Positions 15,402 to 25,365 are shown, numbered from the stretch's first letter. The stretch is 26,738 bases of DNA from an archaeon (GCA_035289485.1 DATDXA010000050.1:1-26738); one strand, 5' to 3'. Numbers and translations: made by a program. Notes: generated by a model from the sequence alone, not told the origin.

Positions 15402-16475
15402 ATGATGAATGCCATTGAATCCTCAATTGTTGCGCGCGCAATAACGCTTGGATACGCGAATGCGAGGGTTAAGGCAATGAAGCAGCTCCTGCTTACGCAT
15501 AAGGAAACAGATGCTATGGCGGAAGCAACAGGCGTTGAAGAAGTTTACGCGCTGCTTGAGAGAACGCAATACAGGCAGGATTTGGTTTCAAGCGCGCTTG
15601 CAGGAAAAACCCTCGCAGACCAGATTGAATTTGCGTGCGCGAAGAATTTTTCACGCACGCTTCGCAAAATAATCAAAATCGTGCCAAAAAAGCTCTCGCA
15701 AAAAATCTCCGAGATGTTTGAAAAGTACGAAATCAACAACATCAAAACAATTATTCTTGCAAAGCACATGGGCGAGGGAAAGGAAAGAATCAGCCACCTT
15801 CTTATTGAAACAGGAATGCTCTCAAAGGCCGCAACCGCGAAGATGCTTGAATCAAAAAGCGTAAAGGATGTTTCTGCAGCGCTTGCAGGCACGATTTATG
15901 GGACAATACTTGAAAAGAACATGAAAAAATATGAAAAGGAGAAGGAAGCCGCGCCGCTGCTTGCCGCACTTGATGATTATTACTACCGCAAGCTCCCGCA
16001 CATAGCAAAGAACCCTTATGGCGATGAGAGAATAATTCTTGCAATGCTAAAGGCGCAGGTGGACGCGAAAAATATTTCCAATATCCTGCGCGGCAAGAAA
16101 GAAGGAATGAAAGAGGAGAAAATAACTGAAATTATAATTGCCGGCGGGAACATTTCAAGAGACAGGCTCGTGCAGGCAGCAGGGGCAAAAGGAGTAGAAG
16201 AGGCAGCGAAGGCTTTTGAAAAGAACTTCAAGCTTGCAAAGGCGCTTGAAGCGTACAAAAAAAACGGGAGCCTCATACCGATTGAAATAGAAGTGGAGAA
16301 AAGCGTGGCAAGAAAGGGCCTGAGCCTTCTAAGTGTAAGCGTGCTCTCGATTGGCGCAATTGCGGGGTTTTTGTTTTTGAAAGAAGAGGAGGCATCAAAC
16401 ATCCGCAAAATCGTGAGGGCGAAGGAATTCAACCTCTCGGCGGAAAAAATTGGGGAGATGATTGTGCAGTATTAA
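15402..16475 (+). CDS. atpC: A/V-type ATP synthase subunit C
   Basis: GYANARVKAMKQLL, YEINNIKTII, LDDYYY, KEEEASNIRKI; operon position. Confidence 0.92.
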   Translation: MMNAIESSIVARAITLGYANARVKAMKQLLLTHKETDAMAEATGVEEVYALLERTQYRQDLVSSALAGKTLADQIEFACAKNFSRTLRKIIKIVPKKLSQKISEMFEKYEINNIKTIILAKHMGEGKERISHLLIETGMLSKAATAKMLESKSVKDVSAALAGTIYGTILEKNMKKYEKEKEAAPLLAALDDYYYRKLPHIAKNPYGDERIILAMLKAQVDAKNISNILRGKKEGMKEEKITEIIIAGGNISRDRLVQAAGAKGVEEAAKAFEKNFKLAKALEAYKKNGSLIPIEIEVEKSVARKGLSLLSVSVLSIGAIAGFLFLKEEEASNIRKIVRAKEFNLSAEKIGEMIVQY

Positions 16476-16488
16476 TTTTGGTGAAATT

Positions 16489-16887
16489 ATGGACGGGGAA
16501 CTAAAACACAGCATCGCAGTTGTGGCGGACGGGCCGACATGCACAGGCTTTAGGCTCGCAGGAGTTCAAATGGTGTTCCCTATAGAGGCTCTAGAGGCGC
16601 AAAAAGATGCCACGCAGGGAAAAGCTGCAGAAAATAAAAGTGCCGGTGGCGGCCAGATTGCAGCCGAGCAAAAAATAGAAGAGCTCCTCGCCGATGAGGG
16701 CATCGGGATTATGATTGTCAGCGAAAAAACAATGGGCGCGATGGATTGGCGGCTAAAAAAGAAAATAGAGAGGCTTGCCAAGCCAGTAGTCATTGCAGTG
16801 CCGGACAAATCCGGCCCAGTGGCGAACGAAACAGATTCGCTGCGGAGCATGGTAAAGAAGGCCCTTGGTTTTGAGCTGATGAAATGA
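16489..16887 (+). CDS. atpF: A/V-type ATP synthase subunit F
   Basis: IAVVADGPTCTGFRLAGV...IGIMIVSE...PVVIAVPD...LRSMVKKALG; SD GGTGA. Confidence 0.92.
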   Translation: MDGELKHSIAVVADGPTCTGFRLAGVQMVFPIEALEAQKDATQGKAAENKSAGGGQIAAEQKIEELLADEGIGIMIVSEKTMGAMDWRLKKKIERLAKPVVIAVPDKSGPVANETDSLRSMVKKALGFELMK

Positions 16888-17007
16888 ATGGAGGAAAAGT
16901 TAAGCTGAAAATTTTGCTAAAGGATTGTGAGTTCAGTTCCATCGAGCCAGCAGGCGAAGATGGTACGCTCCCTTCCGAAGAGCATGTTCGGAAATGAGGT
17001 GAAACAG

Positions 17008-18774
17008 ATGGCAGAACTTCTAAAGATTGCGGGGCCGGTTGTTGTCGGCGAAAAGATGTCGGGCGCTAGAATGTACGATGTCGTAAAGGTGGGAAAGGAA
17101 AGGCTCATAGGAGAAATCATCAAGCTAAGCGGGGACAGGGCCACAATTCAGGTTTATGAGGACACTTCAGGCCTCAAGCCGGGAGAGCCCATTGAAAACA
17201 CCGGAATGCCTCTTAGTGTTGAACTCGGGCCCGGACTTCTTCAATCCATTTACGACGGGATACAAAGGCCGCTTCTTGAGATACAGCAAAAGAGCGGAAC
17301 ATTCATCGCAAGGGGAATCGTTGCAACCCCGATTGATAAGAAAAAGAAGTGGGATTTCAAGCCTATTGCAAAAAAGGGAGAAAAGGTAGTTGGTGGAGAT
17401 GTCATCGGCGAAGTGCAGGAAACAGAGCTTATTGTAAATAAGGTCATGGTGCCTCACGGAGCAAAAGGGGAAATCACAGAAATCAAGAAAGGAAGCTTCA
17501 CTGTTGAAGAAACGGTCTGCATAATCAAGGATGGCAAGGAAAAGCATGAAGTTTCAATGATGCAGAAGTGGGAAGTGCGAAAGCCGCGCCCTTACGGAGA
17601 AAAAATGCCTCCGAACACGCCTCTCATTACAGGGCAGAGAATTCTTGACACATTCTTCCCGATTTCAAAGGGCGGAACTGCGGCAATTCCCGGGCCATTT
17701 GGCTCTGGAAAAACGGTGACGCAGCAATCGCTTGCAAAGTACAGCGACGCGCAGGTCATTGTCTACATCGGATGCGGAGAGCGCGGAAATGAAATGACAG
17801 AAGTGCTAACGGAATTCCCGGAACTTCTGGACCCTAAAACCAAAAAGCCGCTGATGCAAAGAACCGTACTTATTGCAAACACTTCAAACATGCCGGTCGC
17901 TGCAAGGGAAGCTTCGGTATATACCGGAATTACAATAGCGGAATATTACAGGGACATGGGTTACGATGTCGCGCTCATGGCTGATTCAACTTCTAGGTGG
18001 GCCGAAGCAATGCGCGAAATTTCAGGAAGAATTGAGGAGATGCCCGGTGAAGAAGGCTACCCGCCATATCTTGCAAGAAGGCTTGCGGAATTTTATGAAA
18101 GGGCGGGAAGAATAACCTGCACAGGCGGCCCTCAGAGAAGCGGCTCTATTTCAGTTATTGGAGCGGTCTCGCCGCCCGGAGGAGACATCTCAGAGCCTGT
18201 TTCGCAAAACACATTGCGTGTTACGAAAGTGTTCTGGGCGCTTGACGCCAAGCTCGCGCAAAGAAGGCACTTCCCAGCGATAAACTGGCTAAAGAGCTAC
18301 TCGCTTTATACGGGAACTCTTGATAGCACATACGCAAACACCGTTGCCGCGGATTGGTCAACGAACAGGGCAAAGGCAATGGCACTTTTGCAAAAGGAAG
18401 CGGAGCTGCAGGAAATCGTGCAGCTTGTAGGGCCCGATGCGCTGCCTGAAAAGGAACAGGCCGTGCTTGATGCCACAAGAATGATCCGCGAGGACTTCTT
18501 GCAGCAATCGGCGTTCAGCGATGTTGATGCATCGGCTTCTCTTCAGAAGCAGTACAGGATGCTCAAAACCATTCTCAAGTTCTATGACCGCGCAGCTGAT
18601 GCGCTTGATTTGGGAGTGCAGCTAAAAACTGTGTTGGGGCTTAAGGTTCGCGAGGAAATTGCAAGAATGAAGGAAATTCCAGAAGCTGAAGTTCAGAAAA
18701 AAATTGACGGAATAATCGGGAGCATCGATTCCGAATTTGATAAAGTGGTAAAGGACTCAAGGGTGAGACAATGA
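17008..18774 (+). CDS. atpA: A/V-type ATP synthase subunit A (catalytic)
   Basis: Walker [43 protein letters not shown]. Start set to ATG 17008 after SD GAGGTG (16996-17001). No intein. Confidence 0.98.
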   Translation: MAELLKIAGPVVVGEKMSGARMYDVVKVGKERLIGEIIKLSGDRATIQVYEDTSGLKPGEPIENTGMPLSVELGPGLLQSIYDGIQRPLLEIQQKSGTFIARGIVATPIDKKKKWDFKPIAKKGEKVVGGDVIGEVQETELIVNKVMVPHGAKGEITEIKKGSFTVEETVCIIKDGKEKHEVSMMQKWEVRKPRPYGEKMPPNTPLITGQRILDTFFPISKGGTAAIPGPFGSGKTVTQQSLAKYSDAQVIVYIGCGERGNEMTEVLTEFPELLDPKTKKPLMQRTVLIANTSNMPVAAREASVYTGITIAEYYRDMGYDVALMADSTSRWAEAMREISGRIEEMPGEEGYPPYLARRLAEFYERAGRITCTGGPQRSGSISVIGAVSPPGGDISEPVSQNTLRVTKVFWALDAKLAQRRHFPAINWLKSYSLYTGTLDSTYANTVAADWSTNRAKAMALLQKEAELQEIVQLVGPDALPEKEQAVLDATRMIREDFLQQSAFSDVDASASLQKQYRMLKTILKFYDRAADALDLGVQLKTVLGLKVREEIARMKEIPEAEVQKKIDGIIGSIDSEFDKVVKDSRVRQ

Positions 18775-20150
18775 TGAAAGAATACCAGACCGTAACAAAT
18801 GTCGAAGGGCCGCTCGTCTTTGTTGACAGGGTCGAGAACGTCGCATACAACGAAATCGTTGAAGTGAAACTGCCAAATGGCGAGAAGAGGAAAGGGCAGG
18901 TTCTCGAAACATCAAAAGGCAAGGCGGTAATACAGATATTTGGCTCAACTACAGGACTTGACGCCGACAAAACCAAGGTCAAATTCCTCGGAGAAACCAT
19001 GAAGCTTGGCGTCTCCAAAAGCATGCTCGGAAGGGTATTCAACGGGCTTGGAGAGCCGCGCGATAAGGGCGCTCCAATCGTTGCTGAAAAAAGGGTTGAT
19101 ATAATCGGCGCTGCAATAAACCCTGTCGCGCGCAGAAAGCCTGAGGACTTCATACAAACCGGAATCAGCACAATTGACGGGCTTAACACGCTTGTACGCG
19201 GACAAAAGCTGCCGATTTTTTCGGGTTCAGGCCTTCCGCACAACGAGCTTGCGGTGCAGATTGCAAGGCAGGCAAAGGTGCGCGCAAAAGGCGAGAGCTT
19301 TGCTGTCGTATTCGCGGCTGTTGGAATCACGCATGAGGAAGCGAATTTTTTCATGAAGGATTTCGAGCGCACAGGAGCGCTTGAGAGGAGCGTACTGTTC
19401 CTTAATTTGGCTGATGACCCGAGCGTTGAGAGAATAATCACGCCAAGAATGGCACTCACAACCGCCGAGTATCTTGCATTCGAAAAGGACATGCACGTGC
19501 TTGTAATAATCACGGACATGACAAACTACTGCGAAGCGCTGCGCGAAATTGCGGGAGCTAGAAAAGAAGTTCCCGGAAGAAGGGGCTACCCAGGATATAC
19601 ATACACTGACCTTGCTTCGCTCTATGAGCGTGCAGGAGTAGTTGAGGGCAAGAAAGGATCTGTAACGCAGTTCCCGATACTTTCAATGCCATCAGATGAC
19701 ATTACTCATCCAATCCCAGACCTTACAGGATACATCACAGAAGGGCAAATAGTTGTTGGAAGGGAACTTCACAGAAAAGGAATATTCCCGCCAATTGATG
19801 TTCTCCCGTGCCTCTCAAGGCTTATGAACCTTGGAATCGGCAGCGGAAAGACGCGAGAGGATCACCGCGGAGTAGCAGACCAGCTTTATGCTGCGTACGC
19901 ACAGGGGCGCGATTTGAGGGCGCTTAGCGCGGTTGTTGGAGAGGAAGCGCTCTCTGAAATCGACAGGAAGTACTTGAAATTCGCGGATGAATTCGAGAAA
20001 AGATTCATCAGGCAGGGCAAGGACGAGGACCGCACAATTGAGCAAACGCTTGATTTGGGATGGGAACTTCTCGCAGTGCTCCCTGAAAAGGAACTCAAGA
20101 GGGTAAAACTGGACCATATACAGAAATACGGCGCAAAGTTCCGGAAATAA
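18771..20150 (+). CDS. atpB: A/V-type ATP synthase subunit B
   Basis: [58 protein letters not shown] overlap with atpA. Confidence 0.98.
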   Translation: MMKEYQTVTNVEGPLVFVDRVENVAYNEIVEVKLPNGEKRKGQVLETSKGKAVIQIFGSTTGLDADKTKVKFLGETMKLGVSKSMLGRVFNGLGEPRDKGAPIVAEKRVDIIGAAINPVARRKPEDFIQTGISTIDGLNTLVRGQKLPIFSGSGLPHNELAVQIARQAKVRAKGESFAVVFAAVGITHEEANFFMKDFERTGALERSVLFLNLADDPSVERIITPRMALTTAEYLAFEKDMHVLVIITDMTNYCEALREIAGARKEVPGRRGYPGYTYTDLASLYERAGVVEGKKGSVTQFPILSMPSDDITHPIPDLTGYITEGQIVVGRELHRKGIFPPIDVLPCLSRLMNLGIGSGKTREDHRGVADQLYAAYAQGRDLRALSAVVGEEALSEIDRKYLKFADEFEKRFIRQGKDEDRTIEQTLDLGWELLAVLPEKELKRVKLDHIQKYGAKFRK

Positions 20151-20195
20151 AAGTGATTCCGGCATTGCTTTGCCAGATGCCAAGAAGTGAAAAAA

Positions 20196-20831
20196 ATGGC
20201 TGAAGATGTAAAAACAACAAGGCTCGAACTCATTGAGACGCGCAACAGGATTCGCCTGGCGGAGAACGGGCACAAGCTTCTAAAGCAGAAAAGGGACGTG
20301 CTAGTGCTCGAATTCTTCAAAATCATGAAGCAGGCACAGGACCAGCGCAACGAACTCAATGCGCGCATGAAGGATGCATTCGAGGCCCTTGCAATGGCGC
20401 AGGCATACCACGGAATTCTTGAAGTGGAAAACATCTCGCTCGCGGTGAAGAAGGCCCCGAACATTGAAGTTGAATCCAAAAACGTGATGGGAGTGCATAT
20501 CCCGCACATCAAGGGGGAATATGTTTCCAAAACACTTGAAGCGCGCGGGTATTCAATACAGGGAAGCTCGGCAAAAATCGATGAAGCTGCGGGCGCTTTT
20601 GAGAAGAGCCTTGAAATTATAATAAAGCTTGCGGAAACCGAGAACGGGCTTAAAAAACTTATAAAAGAAATCGAAAAAACCAAGAGGCGCGTGAACGCAC
20701 TTGATTACATCATGATTCCATCGCTTAAGAGCACCGCAAAATACATCATAATGCGCCTTGAGGAAATGGAAAGGGAACAGTTCATTTCGCTAAAGACGAT
20801 TAAGGCGAAGCTGGAAAAGGAAACGGCGTAA
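20196..20831 (+). CDS. atpD: A/V-type ATP synthase subunit D
   Basis: TRLELI...GHKLLKQKRDVL, NVMGV, EIEKTKRRVNALD, LEEMERE.F..LK. Confidence 0.96.
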   Translation: MAEDVKTTRLELIETRNRIRLAENGHKLLKQKRDVLVLEFFKIMKQAQDQRNELNARMKDAFEALAMAQAYHGILEVENISLAVKKAPNIEVESKNVMGVHIPHIKGEYVSKTLEARGYSIQGSSAKIDEAAGAFEKSLEIIIKLAETENGLKKLIKEIEKTKRRVNALDYIMIPSLKSTAKYIIMRLEEMEREQFISLKTIKAKLEKETA

Positions 20832-20851
20832 AATTCTGAAAATAAATAAAG

Positions 20852-21178
20852 CTATTTCTCAATCGGGATTGTTTTCCCTGACCAGACAATGAGCAATTTG
20901 CACCCTTCTTTGGAGAATGGCCTGTGCAAATCCCCGGTTTTGTTTATGAAAAAATCTCCCGGGTTATGGACTCCTTTTTCATCCTCTATTGAGCCCTCAA
21001 GAACATAAACCCATTCCCAATCGCCGTGGTAATGCCCTGGGTCAACAAACCCTTTTGGTATGTCCAGCAAATCAATCTGCACATTCCTTTTTTCATCCCT
21101 TGAAAGAGGCAGTATTCTAATGCCCTCACGCAGGTCTTTCCACTCTTGCATGAAATGGAAGGATTCCAAAAAATTCAT
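20852..21178 (-). CDS. Cupin-domain protein (ChrR-like)
   Basis: PGHYHGDWEWVYVLEGS...HRPFSKEGC cupin metal-binding motifs. Confidence 0.85.
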   Translation of the reverse strand: MNFLESFHFMQEWKDLREGIRILPLSRDEKRNVQIDLLDIPKGFVDPGHYHGDWEWVYVLEGSIEDEKGVHNPGDFFINKTGDLHRPFSKEGCKLLIVWSGKTIPIEK

Positions 21179-21241
21179 AAAACAGTGCAAATATATCTAT
21201 TTCGTCAATCAACGAATATAGCAAGAATTATATATTGCCTA

Positions 21242-21259
21242 CCACACTATATAGTGTGG
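21242..21259. promoter_or_regulatory. Perfect 18-bp palindrome, candidate operator
   Basis: CCACACTAT/ATAGTGTGG, flanked by CCT...AGG, between TTATATAT (21228-21235) and SD GGTGAT of the gene at 21279. Confidence 0.65.
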
Positions 21260-21278
21260 CAGGTCACATGGTGATTTT

Positions 21279-21590
21279 GTGGCTTACCTATTAGAAAAGG
21301 AACGGACATACTTTGGCAAAAAAGAATTTATTGAGGTAACGGTTTATGCCGTGCCAGAGAGTGTTTATTTCCCCCAAGGATTGAAGTATTCGTTGAATTA
21401 CATTAGAGGCGGAGAATGCATTTTAAGATATGACAATGAAAAGGGAAAAAGCCACCACGTGCATTTTGAAGGAAAAGAATTAAACGTGGAATTTCCGGGA
21501 ATGGAGGAGCTCAAAAAGGAATTCGGGGACAAAGTGGCAAAAATAAGGGGTGATTTTCATGAAAGCGAGGAACGTAACAATAAGGATTAG
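21279..21590 (+). CDS. DUF6516-like protein (putative TA module component)
   Basis: VP.S..FPQGLKYSL...ILRYDNEKGKSHHVH; GTG start with SD GGTGAT. Confidence 0.8.
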   Translation: MAYLLEKERTYFGKKEFIEVTVYAVPESVYFPQGLKYSLNYIRGGECILRYDNEKGKSHHVHFEGKELNVEFPGMEELKKEFGDKVAKIRGDFHESEERNNKD

Positions 21591-21924
21591 CAGCATGGAT
21601 GAAACATTGGACAGGTTTGCCGGTGTTTATGAAAGGGCTAGCCGCGGGGAAAAAGTTGTGCCGCAGGAAATTCTCTCTTTTGAAACCCCGGAACTCATGC
21701 GCGAGATGCTAACCAAAGAGAGGCTGCGTACACTTAAAACAATCCGCGAAAAGGAGCCCAAGACCATTTACGCGCTTGCAAAAATGCTGCAAAGGCCGTA
21801 TTCAAATGTCTTCAACGACGTCAAAAAGCTCGCGGAGATGGGGCTTATTGATTTGCGAAAAGAGAATGGCACGGCGCAGCCGAGGGCAAAATACGACCGA
21901 CTCAATATCACAATACCGATTTGA
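21559..21924 (+). CDS. Predicted HTH transcriptional regulator/antitoxin (HVO_A0114-like)
   Basis: LSFETPE....LTKERLRTL..IRE.EPKTIYALAKMLQRPYSNVFNDVKKL...GLI; SD GGGGTGAT; overlaps the upstream gene. Confidence 0.82.
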   Translation: MKARNVTIRISSMDETLDRFAGVYERASRGEKVVPQEILSFETPELMREMLTKERLRTLKTIREKEPKTIYALAKMLQRPYSNVFNDVKKLAEMGLIDLRKENGTAQPRAKYDRLNITIPI

Positions 21925-21945
21925 ATTCTTGAAGCATTTTTGGCA

Positions 21946-22692
21946 TCAGTTTTTTTCCGAAACCTTCCATAGCAAATCAAAGTATTTCCTGTAAGCGTCA
22001 GCGATGTCCTTGTTCACCATCACAAAGCAGAGCGGGTAATCGCCTTTCCAGATGACATTCACCACACGGTCGCCGTAGATGTTTATTACCGCAGGATTGT
22101 CAATGTATGATGGCAAAAACCTTGATTCGGCATGATGTTTTCTGATGGACATTGGAAGAGTTCTTGCCGCGGCCTTGTAGAGGATTCGCAGCCTGATTTT
22201 GAGATCTTTGCGCTCCTTGTTCCACTTCTCAAAAAACAATGGCATCACACGGTCCTCGCGCGCAATCGCCCCAATCATCAAATGCTCGCCCTTTGAGTGT
22301 TTTAGAACGTCCCTGCGCATTGCCTTGAAGCCCTCAACGCCTTGCAGAATGTACGCTTCCGCAGTGGGCTTTGTTTCCCTGTACTTGTTCAATTCCGGAA
22401 TGTGCTTTTTCATTTTGGCGATTTTTTCCTCCGCCTGCTTTTTTTCTTCCTCAAGAACATCAAGAATTTTTTCAGAAGAAGTTGCCTCGAAAAATGTTAT
22501 TGTCCCCTTTTTCACAAAGCTAACAAGACCTTTTTCTGAGAGCCGGTTGAGGCCTTCGTACACGCGCGAGCGGTGAAGGCCGCACTCACGCACTATTTTT
22601 CCGGAAGGCGCGGAGCCAAGGCTTAGAAGCGCCGCGTAAATCTTCACTTCGTTTTGTGTGAGGCCAAGCTCTTGCAAAAAACTAAAATCCAT
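21946..22692 (-). CDS. TrmB-family transcriptional regulator
   Basis: LQELGLTQNEVKIYAALL...GLHRSRVYEGLNRLSEKGLVS winged HTH; G.EG.K linker; IYGDRV C-terminal effector domain. Confidence 0.9.
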   Translation of the reverse strand: MDFSFLQELGLTQNEVKIYAALLSLGSAPSGKIVRECGLHRSRVYEGLNRLSEKGLVSFVKKGTITFFEATSSEKILDVLEEEKKQAEEKIAKMKKHIPELNKYRETKPTAEAYILQGVEGFKAMRRDVLKHSKGEHLMIGAIAREDRVMPLFFEKWNKERKDLKIRLRILYKAAARTLPMSIRKHHAESRFLPSYIDNPAVINIYGDRVVNVIWKGDYPLCFVMVNKDIADAYRKYFDLLWKVSEKN

Positions 22693-22731
22693 GCAATGAA
22701 TATGCCCACTTGAGGATTTAAACCTTGCTTA

Positions 22732-22754
22732 TGTCCTCCTTAAACAGGAAGACA
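22732..22754. promoter_or_regulatory. Imperfect inverted repeat in the divergent promoter; candidate TrmB site
   Basis: TGTCCTCCT-TAAAC-AGGAAGACA (8 of 9 positions complementary). Confidence 0.45.
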
Positions 22755-22790
22755 CACATATTTGAATAGCCGGCAAAGAAAGTATTTCAC

Positions 22791-23150
22791 ATGCCTTTTG
22801 TTGAACTCTTGCAGAATGCAATGACACTGAACCCGCAATTCTTCATAGACCTCGTAATGAACAACCTGCTGTGGGTCTTCATGCTGTTTGCCGCAGGGTA
22901 TTTCTTTTCCGGCGGCAAAAAGCCACTTGCAAGAGGGCTAGTATTTTACCTAATGGTAATGACTTCGATGGACATATTCAAACTCATGGGATTTTCCATA
23001 TTCACGGCCACGGGAATTGCCCTACTATATTTCCTGAGAATGCCAGTACTCCTGCTTCTCGAAAAAACCAGAGGAATGGGAAAATACATGTCACTTGCCT
23101 GGACTCTGACATTCTACGCAGTAATTGCAGTTGTGGCTTTTGGAGGATAA
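22791..23150 (+). CDS. Hypothetical multi-pass membrane protein
   Basis: 119 aa with about four hydrophobic segments; divergent from trmB. Confidence 0.75.
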   Translation: MPFVELLQNAMTLNPQFFIDLVMNNLLWVFMLFAAGYFFSGGKKPLARGLVFYLMVMTSMDIFKLMGFSIFTATGIALLYFLRMPVLLLLEKTRGMGKYMSLAWTLTFYAVIAVVAFGG

Positions 23151-23153
23151 AGA

Positions 23154-23327
23154 ATGTATCTTAAGATTGCAGTGGAGAGCATTTTTTGGACATTCATCCT
23201 TCAAATGTTCTTCTTTTTCATAAGTTCAACTTCTGGAACAATGTTCAAAGGAATCACGTTCACGCTCTTTGGCTTTCTGATCATTTATTTTTCCATGTTC
23301 ATGGTTTTGGTCAGCCTGAAATACTAA
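23154..23327 (+). CDS. 57-aa two-TM microprotein
   Basis: MYLKIAVESIFWTFILQMFFFFISSTSGTMFKGITFTLFGFLIIYFSMFMVLVSLKY*; SD GGAGG; starts 3 nt after the upstream stop and fills the gap. Below the ORF-track cutoff. Confidence 0.68.
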   Translation: MYLKIAVESIFWTFILQMFFFFISSTSGTMFKGITFTLFGFLIIYFSMFMVLVSLKY

Positions 23328-23356
23328 TAAGTGAGAAATTTACAAAAATAGATGAA

Positions 23357-23830
23357 CTACTCCCTCGCCACTTTTATCACATCTTCAATCTGAATATCCT
23401 CGACATTTTCAAGAATTTCACGAACCTTTATGCGCATCAGGTGCTCTGAGTCGCCTCCGCCGCATATTACTTCCTCTTTTTTTGCAGCGCGCTTGTCAAT
23501 GAAGGTTAGGATTCCATAAATCGAAATCGGGGGAACTCCGCCGATTCTATAGCCGGTTGCGTTGTAAACTTCGTCCGGCTCAGCTAGGCGCACATCCTTT
23601 ACATCCAGAAGCGCCTTCATTTTTTCAAAATCCACCTTGTCGTTTCCGAGCAAAATCACGAGCAATGGCTCGCGGTTCGAATCCATTAGGACAATGGATT
23701 TTGCAATTGCGCCCTCTTCAAGCCCCATTTCCTGAGCGGCTTTTGTTGCGGTCTGAACCTCGCGCGAGGTAGCAAATACTTTTGCAGTAAGCTTGTTTGC
23801 GGAAATGAAATCTTCGAGCATTGCGTTCAC
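23357..23830 (-). CDS. YbaK/EbsC aminoacyl-tRNA deacylase family
   Basis: IAKSIVL, DVRLAEPDEV...TGYRIGGVPP, CGGG. GTG start overlaps the upstream TGA (alternative ATG at 23821). Confidence 0.9.
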   Translation of the reverse strand: MNAMLEDFISANKLTAKVFATSREVQTATKAAQEMGLEEGAIAKSIVLMDSNREPLLVILLGNDKVDFEKMKALLDVKDVRLAEPDEVYNATGYRIGGVPPISIYGILTFIDKRAAKKEEVICGGGDSEHLMRIKVREILENVEDIQIEDVIKVARE

Positions 23831-24936
23831 TGTTTTGGTTTTATGCGCAATATTTTATCATCTTGGGACATTGGCGAACCCCTTCCATCAGTATTGTTTG
23901 TGGCAAAGTAAATATAACCATCCGGACCCTGCACGATATCACGTATCCTTCCAAAGCCATCTAGCAGCTTTTCATCGCTTGCTAAAGCGCTTCCATCAAA
24001 ACGCGCAATACGAATTTGTTCTCCCCGAAGCCCGCCATAAAGAAAAGCGTTCTGGAAAGAAAGCACAGTACCTGAATAGAATGCCGCGCCTGAGGGAGCC
24101 ATTGTCCAATCGGCAAAGCACACTACTGCCTCTTTGAACTCTGCGGATGTTTCCCCTTGCGAGCAGAGCTTTGTTGGCCAGCCATAATTTGCCCCTTTGA
24201 GAATAATATTCACTTCATCATGTAGGCTTGGGCCATGCTCGGTTGCAACCAGCATGCCACTCTGCGGGTGCCAGTCAAACCCCTGCGGATTTCTATGCCC
24301 GTAAGAGTATACTGCATTCCTGAAAGGATTATCTTGGGGAATTGTTCCGTCGCTATTTATGCGCAGGATTTTTCCCGCAATTGAAGTTTTATCCTGAGAA
24401 AGCGAGGTTGTGCCAGCGTCCCCGGTTGAAATGTAGAGCTTTGCATCGGGGCCGAATTTTATTCTACCGCCATCGTGATAGACATTTCCCGGAATTTTTT
24501 CAAGCAGCGGCAATTCATCCAAGAGAGCATTTTCACGCAGGGTAAAGCGCGAAACACGGTTGTATAGCTGCGCGCCTTCGGAGTAAGTATAGTATAAGTA
24601 AATGTGATTATTTTTGGAAAAATCAGGGTCGATTGCAAGTCCCTGCAATCCGCTCTCACCTAAATGAACTACACCTTCTATTTCGTGCACTTCACTTCCC
24701 TGCAGAATTTTGAGCTTTCCTGCGCGCTCGGTAAAAATCATTTTTCCATCAGGAAGAAAAGCAATTGCCCAAGGAATCTGCAAATCCTGCGCAACTATTT
24801 CTGTTTCAAAGCCCTGAACAGGAATTGGGGCATTTGAATCTTCCGGGGCATCGGGGCTGAAAGCTGCGCAGCCTGAGAGTATAATTAGCGCAAGAATCGG
24901 AAAAAGCGAAAACACTGGAATATTGTTTATGTGCAT
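23827..24936 (-). CDS. PQQ-dependent soluble sugar dehydrogenase (GSDH family), predicted lipoprotein
   Basis: Lipobox-like LSGC; PWAIAFLPDG, GESGLQGLA, HDGGRIKFGPD, GKILRIN.DG.IP.DNPF, YGHRNPQG, GANYGWP, GRIRDI.QGPDG. Confidence 0.93.
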   Translation of the reverse strand: MHINNIPVFSLFPILALIILSGCAAFSPDAPEDSNAPIPVQGFETEIVAQDLQIPWAIAFLPDGKMIFTERAGKLKILQGSEVHEIEGVVHLGESGLQGLAIDPDFSKNNHIYLYYTYSEGAQLYNRVSRFTLRENALLDELPLLEKIPGNVYHDGGRIKFGPDAKLYISTGDAGTTSLSQDKTSIAGKILRINSDGTIPQDNPFRNAVYSYGHRNPQGFDWHPQSGMLVATEHGPSLHDEVNIILKGANYGWPTKLCSQGETSAEFKEAVVCFADWTMAPSGAAFYSGTVLSFQNAFLYGGLRGEQIRIARFDGSALASDEKLLDGFGRIRDIVQGPDGYIYFATNNTDGRGSPMSQDDKILRIKPKQ

Positions 24937-24981
24937 GCTAATTATTCGAGTGTTATTGTTTTTAATTGTTCTTGAAAATTT

Positions 24982-25365
24982 TCAGTATACGAGTTCTTTT
25001 TTCTTTCCCCTAATAGCAAGCTCGATTTTTCCGAACTCCTGCGCCGAAAGCCTGTAGAGCGAACTTGAGCCTTTCAGCGGGGATTCTAGCTGCACCTTGT
25101 ATCGCAGCGGCTTTGCAACCAAATCCACCGCAGGGACATCCACGGGCTTTAGGCGAATCTGAAATGGCCTTGACTCCGCCCAGCCACGAAAAGCGTTTTC
25201 CCCATGCCCCGCAGCCTCGAAAATTCCAGCAACAAGGCCGCTGCTAAAGTAAACAATTTTATCCCCTTTGGAAATGAGCTCGCGCTCCTTTTCTGAGGCA
25301 AAGCCTATGAATTCGAGTGTTTTGCGGTAATCTTCCCATGGGTGGTTGCAGAGCAGCAGATTCAT
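24982..25365 (-). CDS. EVE/PUA-like domain protein
   Basis: ISKGDKIVYF...VAGIFE...W...PFQIRLKPV...LSAQEF..I resembles EVE-domain patterns; recognised by eye only. Confidence 0.6.
   Translation of the reverse strand: MNLLLCNHPWEDYRKTLEFIGFASEKERELISKGDKIVYFSSGLVAGIFEAAGHGENAFRGWAESRPFQIRLKPVDVPAVDLVAKPLRYKVQLESPLKGSSSLYRLSAQEFGKIELAIRGKKKELVY

Noticed and set aside
16939..16963. Kink-turn in the atpF-atpA spacer hairpin
   Set aside because: In k-turn register the non-canonical stem pairs poorly; a simple GA/GAA internal loop fits better.
16927..17007. N-terminal extension of AtpA given by the ORF track (likewise TraB from 5254 and AtpC from 15321)
   Set aside because: Downstream ATGs have proper SD or TATA context and match the family N-termini.
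17008..18774. Intein in ATP synthase subunit A
   Set aside because: Normal length (588 aa) and continuous sequence after the Walker A motif.
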